Source: an uncultured Candidatus Saccharibacteria bacterium (GTDB taxonomy: Bacteria; Patescibacteriota; Minisyncoccia; Sungbacterales; JACQCQ01). From it: a stretch of DNA of 64,000 nt. A model generated the notes under the pieces. The model was not told where the DNA came from, did not search any database, and worked only from the letters and a program-made list of their open reading frames with translations. Position numbers and translations under genes: made by a program. This document shows, in pieces, positions 62,817 to 64,000 of the stretch. The DNA lies in assembly GCA_964494945.1 (NCBI GenBank), contig CAZBTX010000001.1, positions 3,088-67,087 on the forward strand, given 5' to 3'. Every line of letters begins with the position of its first letter. The first letter of the stretch is position 1.

Positions 62817-63899
62817 ATGGGACTCAAAATGGGCATCGTAGGCATGCCGAATGTAGGCAAATCAACTCTTTTTCGCGCCTTAACGGCCAAGCCGGTATTG
62901 ATCGCCAATTATCCTTTCGCGACCATTGACCCCAATGTGGGGGTCGTGGAGGTACCTGATGAGCGATTGAATAAATTGGCACAGCTTTCGCGTTCCAGGA
63001 AAGTTGTTCCGGCCGTCATAGAGTTCGTAGACATTGCCGGGTTGGTTAAGGGAGCGGCCGCGGGGGCCGGTCTCGGGAACGCATTCCTCTCACATATCCG
63101 TGACACGGATGCGATCCTACACGTGGTCAGAGTATTCAAGAATGCCGACATTATTCACGTGGATAAAGAACCGGACCCGGGGCGTGATTTCGAGACCATT
63201 TGTTTAGAGCTTATATTAAAAGATCTAGAAACGGCTTCCAGGGCTCTGACTAAGTTGGAATCGGACGCTAAAAGCGGCGATGCGCAAAAAATAGAACGTA
63301 GAGACGCGTTATCTCGTCTTAAGTCAAACTTAGAAAAAGAATTACTGCTTTCCCGCGTGGGTTTATCGGAAGAAGAAAAGATAGTGGCCGCGGAGGTCGG
63401 ACTGCTGACGCAAAAGCCGATACTTGTCGTATTCAATATATCGGATGAGGAATTGCGTGATAATTGGCAGCCAGATAAAGTGCTTTTAGAAAGACTGGAT
63501 GGGATTCCTTATTTGGCTTTCCCTATTGGCATTGAGGGTGAGGCCATCGGGCTCTCGGAAGCAGAAGCCAGGGAATTCAGGAACTTAGCGGGTATTAAAG
63601 AACGCGGACTTGATACTTTGATACGAAAAAGCTACGAAGTGCTTGGCTTAATTACTTTTCTTACCACGGGAGAAGATGAGACGCGGGCCTGGACTATTCC
63701 GGCGGGGTCCAAAGCCCCGCGCGCGGGTCGCGCCATTCATTCCGACTTCGAAGATAAATTTATTCGTGCTGAAATAATCTATTGGGAAAAACTCTTGGAA
63801 GCTGGTTCTTGGGCCAAAGCGCGCGAACTCGGAGCTATTCGCACCGAGGGCAAAGAATACGTCGTTAAAGATGGCGATGTAATAGAATTCAAAATATAA
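62817..63899 (+). CDS. ychF: Ribosome-binding ATPase YchF (Obg-family GTPase)
   Basis: GIVGMPNVGKSTLF P-loop, DIAGLV G3 motif and C-terminal TGS domain. Confidence 0.9.
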   Translation: MGLKMGIVGMPNVGKSTLFRALTAKPVLIANYPFATIDPNVGVVEVPDERLNKLAQLSRSRKVVPAVIEFVDIAGLVKGAAAGAGLGNAFLSHIRDTDAILHVVRVFKNADIIHVDKEPDPGRDFETICLELILKDLETASRALTKLESDAKSGDAQKIERRDALSRLKSNLEKELLLSRVGLSEEEKIVAAEVGLLTQKPILVVFNISDEELRDNWQPDKVLLERLDGIPYLAFPIGIEGEAIGLSEAEAREFRNLAGIKERGLDTLIRKSYEVLGLITFLTTGEDETRAWTIPAGSKAPRAGRAIHSDFEDKFIRAEIIYWEKLLEAGSWAKARELGAIRTEGKEYVVKDGDVIEFKI

Positions 63900-64000
63900 C
63901 TCGCTGCCGCCATTATCGCCGCCATTATCATCGCCGCTATCACTCTTCACTTCAATATTAGTTCCACTCCAATACTAGCGAGTATTGGAGTGGAGAGTTT

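Noticed and set aside
1-64000. CRISPR array or cas operon linked to the Cas2-like domain protein
   Set aside because: No run of regularly spaced direct repeats with unique spacers was seen anywhere in the window, and no Cas1-like ORF. The Cas2-like fold is better explained as a PaaX-type regulator domain.
1-64000. rRNA genes
   Set aside because: No 16S/23S/5S-like conserved segments (for example GTGCCAGCAGCCGCGGTAA) were seen. The 23S-IVS-family protein gene is a protein-coding homologue and is not evidence of an rRNA operon here.

Overview
This 64-kb window looks like one chromosomal segment whose backbone is a moderate/low-GC set of housekeeping genes with short intergenic spacers. The recognisable backbone genes are cspA, fmt-def-priA, rplI, pyrG, aspS, scpA-scpB, a dac-like gene, mraY, ftsW, murG, gltX, rpmA, hrcA-grpE-dnaK-dnaJ, corA, cysS, dnaB, recR, rplU, rmuC, a PGM/PMM gene and ychF. 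The gene content is of the kind seen in small-genome Patescibacteria/CPR-like bacteria; this assignment is an inference, not a demonstrated classification. It includes a short archaeal-type AspRS, lamin-tail-domain and TrpR-like proteins, a 23S-rRNA-IVS four-helix-bundle protein and a 2355-aa HTH-anchored surface protein. Three kinds of accessory material sit on top of the backbone.
(1) At least six short G+C-rich micro-islands. They are visible by eye and show up in the six-frame track as dense overlapping antisense ORFs. Each carries its own AGGAGG-type RBSs and GC-hairpin terminators, and they encode small regulators, Zn-ribbon proteins, a two-gene HhH-GPD-glycosylase-like module and a trio of Gram-negative-type envelope proteins.
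(2) Several families of small palindromic repeats. One is a MITE-like family with ATCCCCACACC...GGTGTGGGGAT termini that occurs in intergenic DNA and also in-frame inside two enzyme genes and at the def/fmt junction, similar to Rickettsia palindromic elements. A second family (CCCGTTAGAAGC termini) brackets the fmt-def-priA block. A third, AT-rich CTAAT-motif family fills many intergenic spacers and flanks the IVS-protein gene inside the dnaK operon.
(3) A tRNA locus with tRNA-Lys(UUU) and an intact tRNA-Ala(UGC) embedded in a long hairpin. It is flanked by 5' and 3' remnants of a second tRNA-Ala that appears to have been split by about 460 bp carrying a small GIY-YIG nuclease gene.
No CRISPR array, rRNA gene or classical IS transposase was seen. 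All functional calls rest on motif recognition by eye and are unverified.
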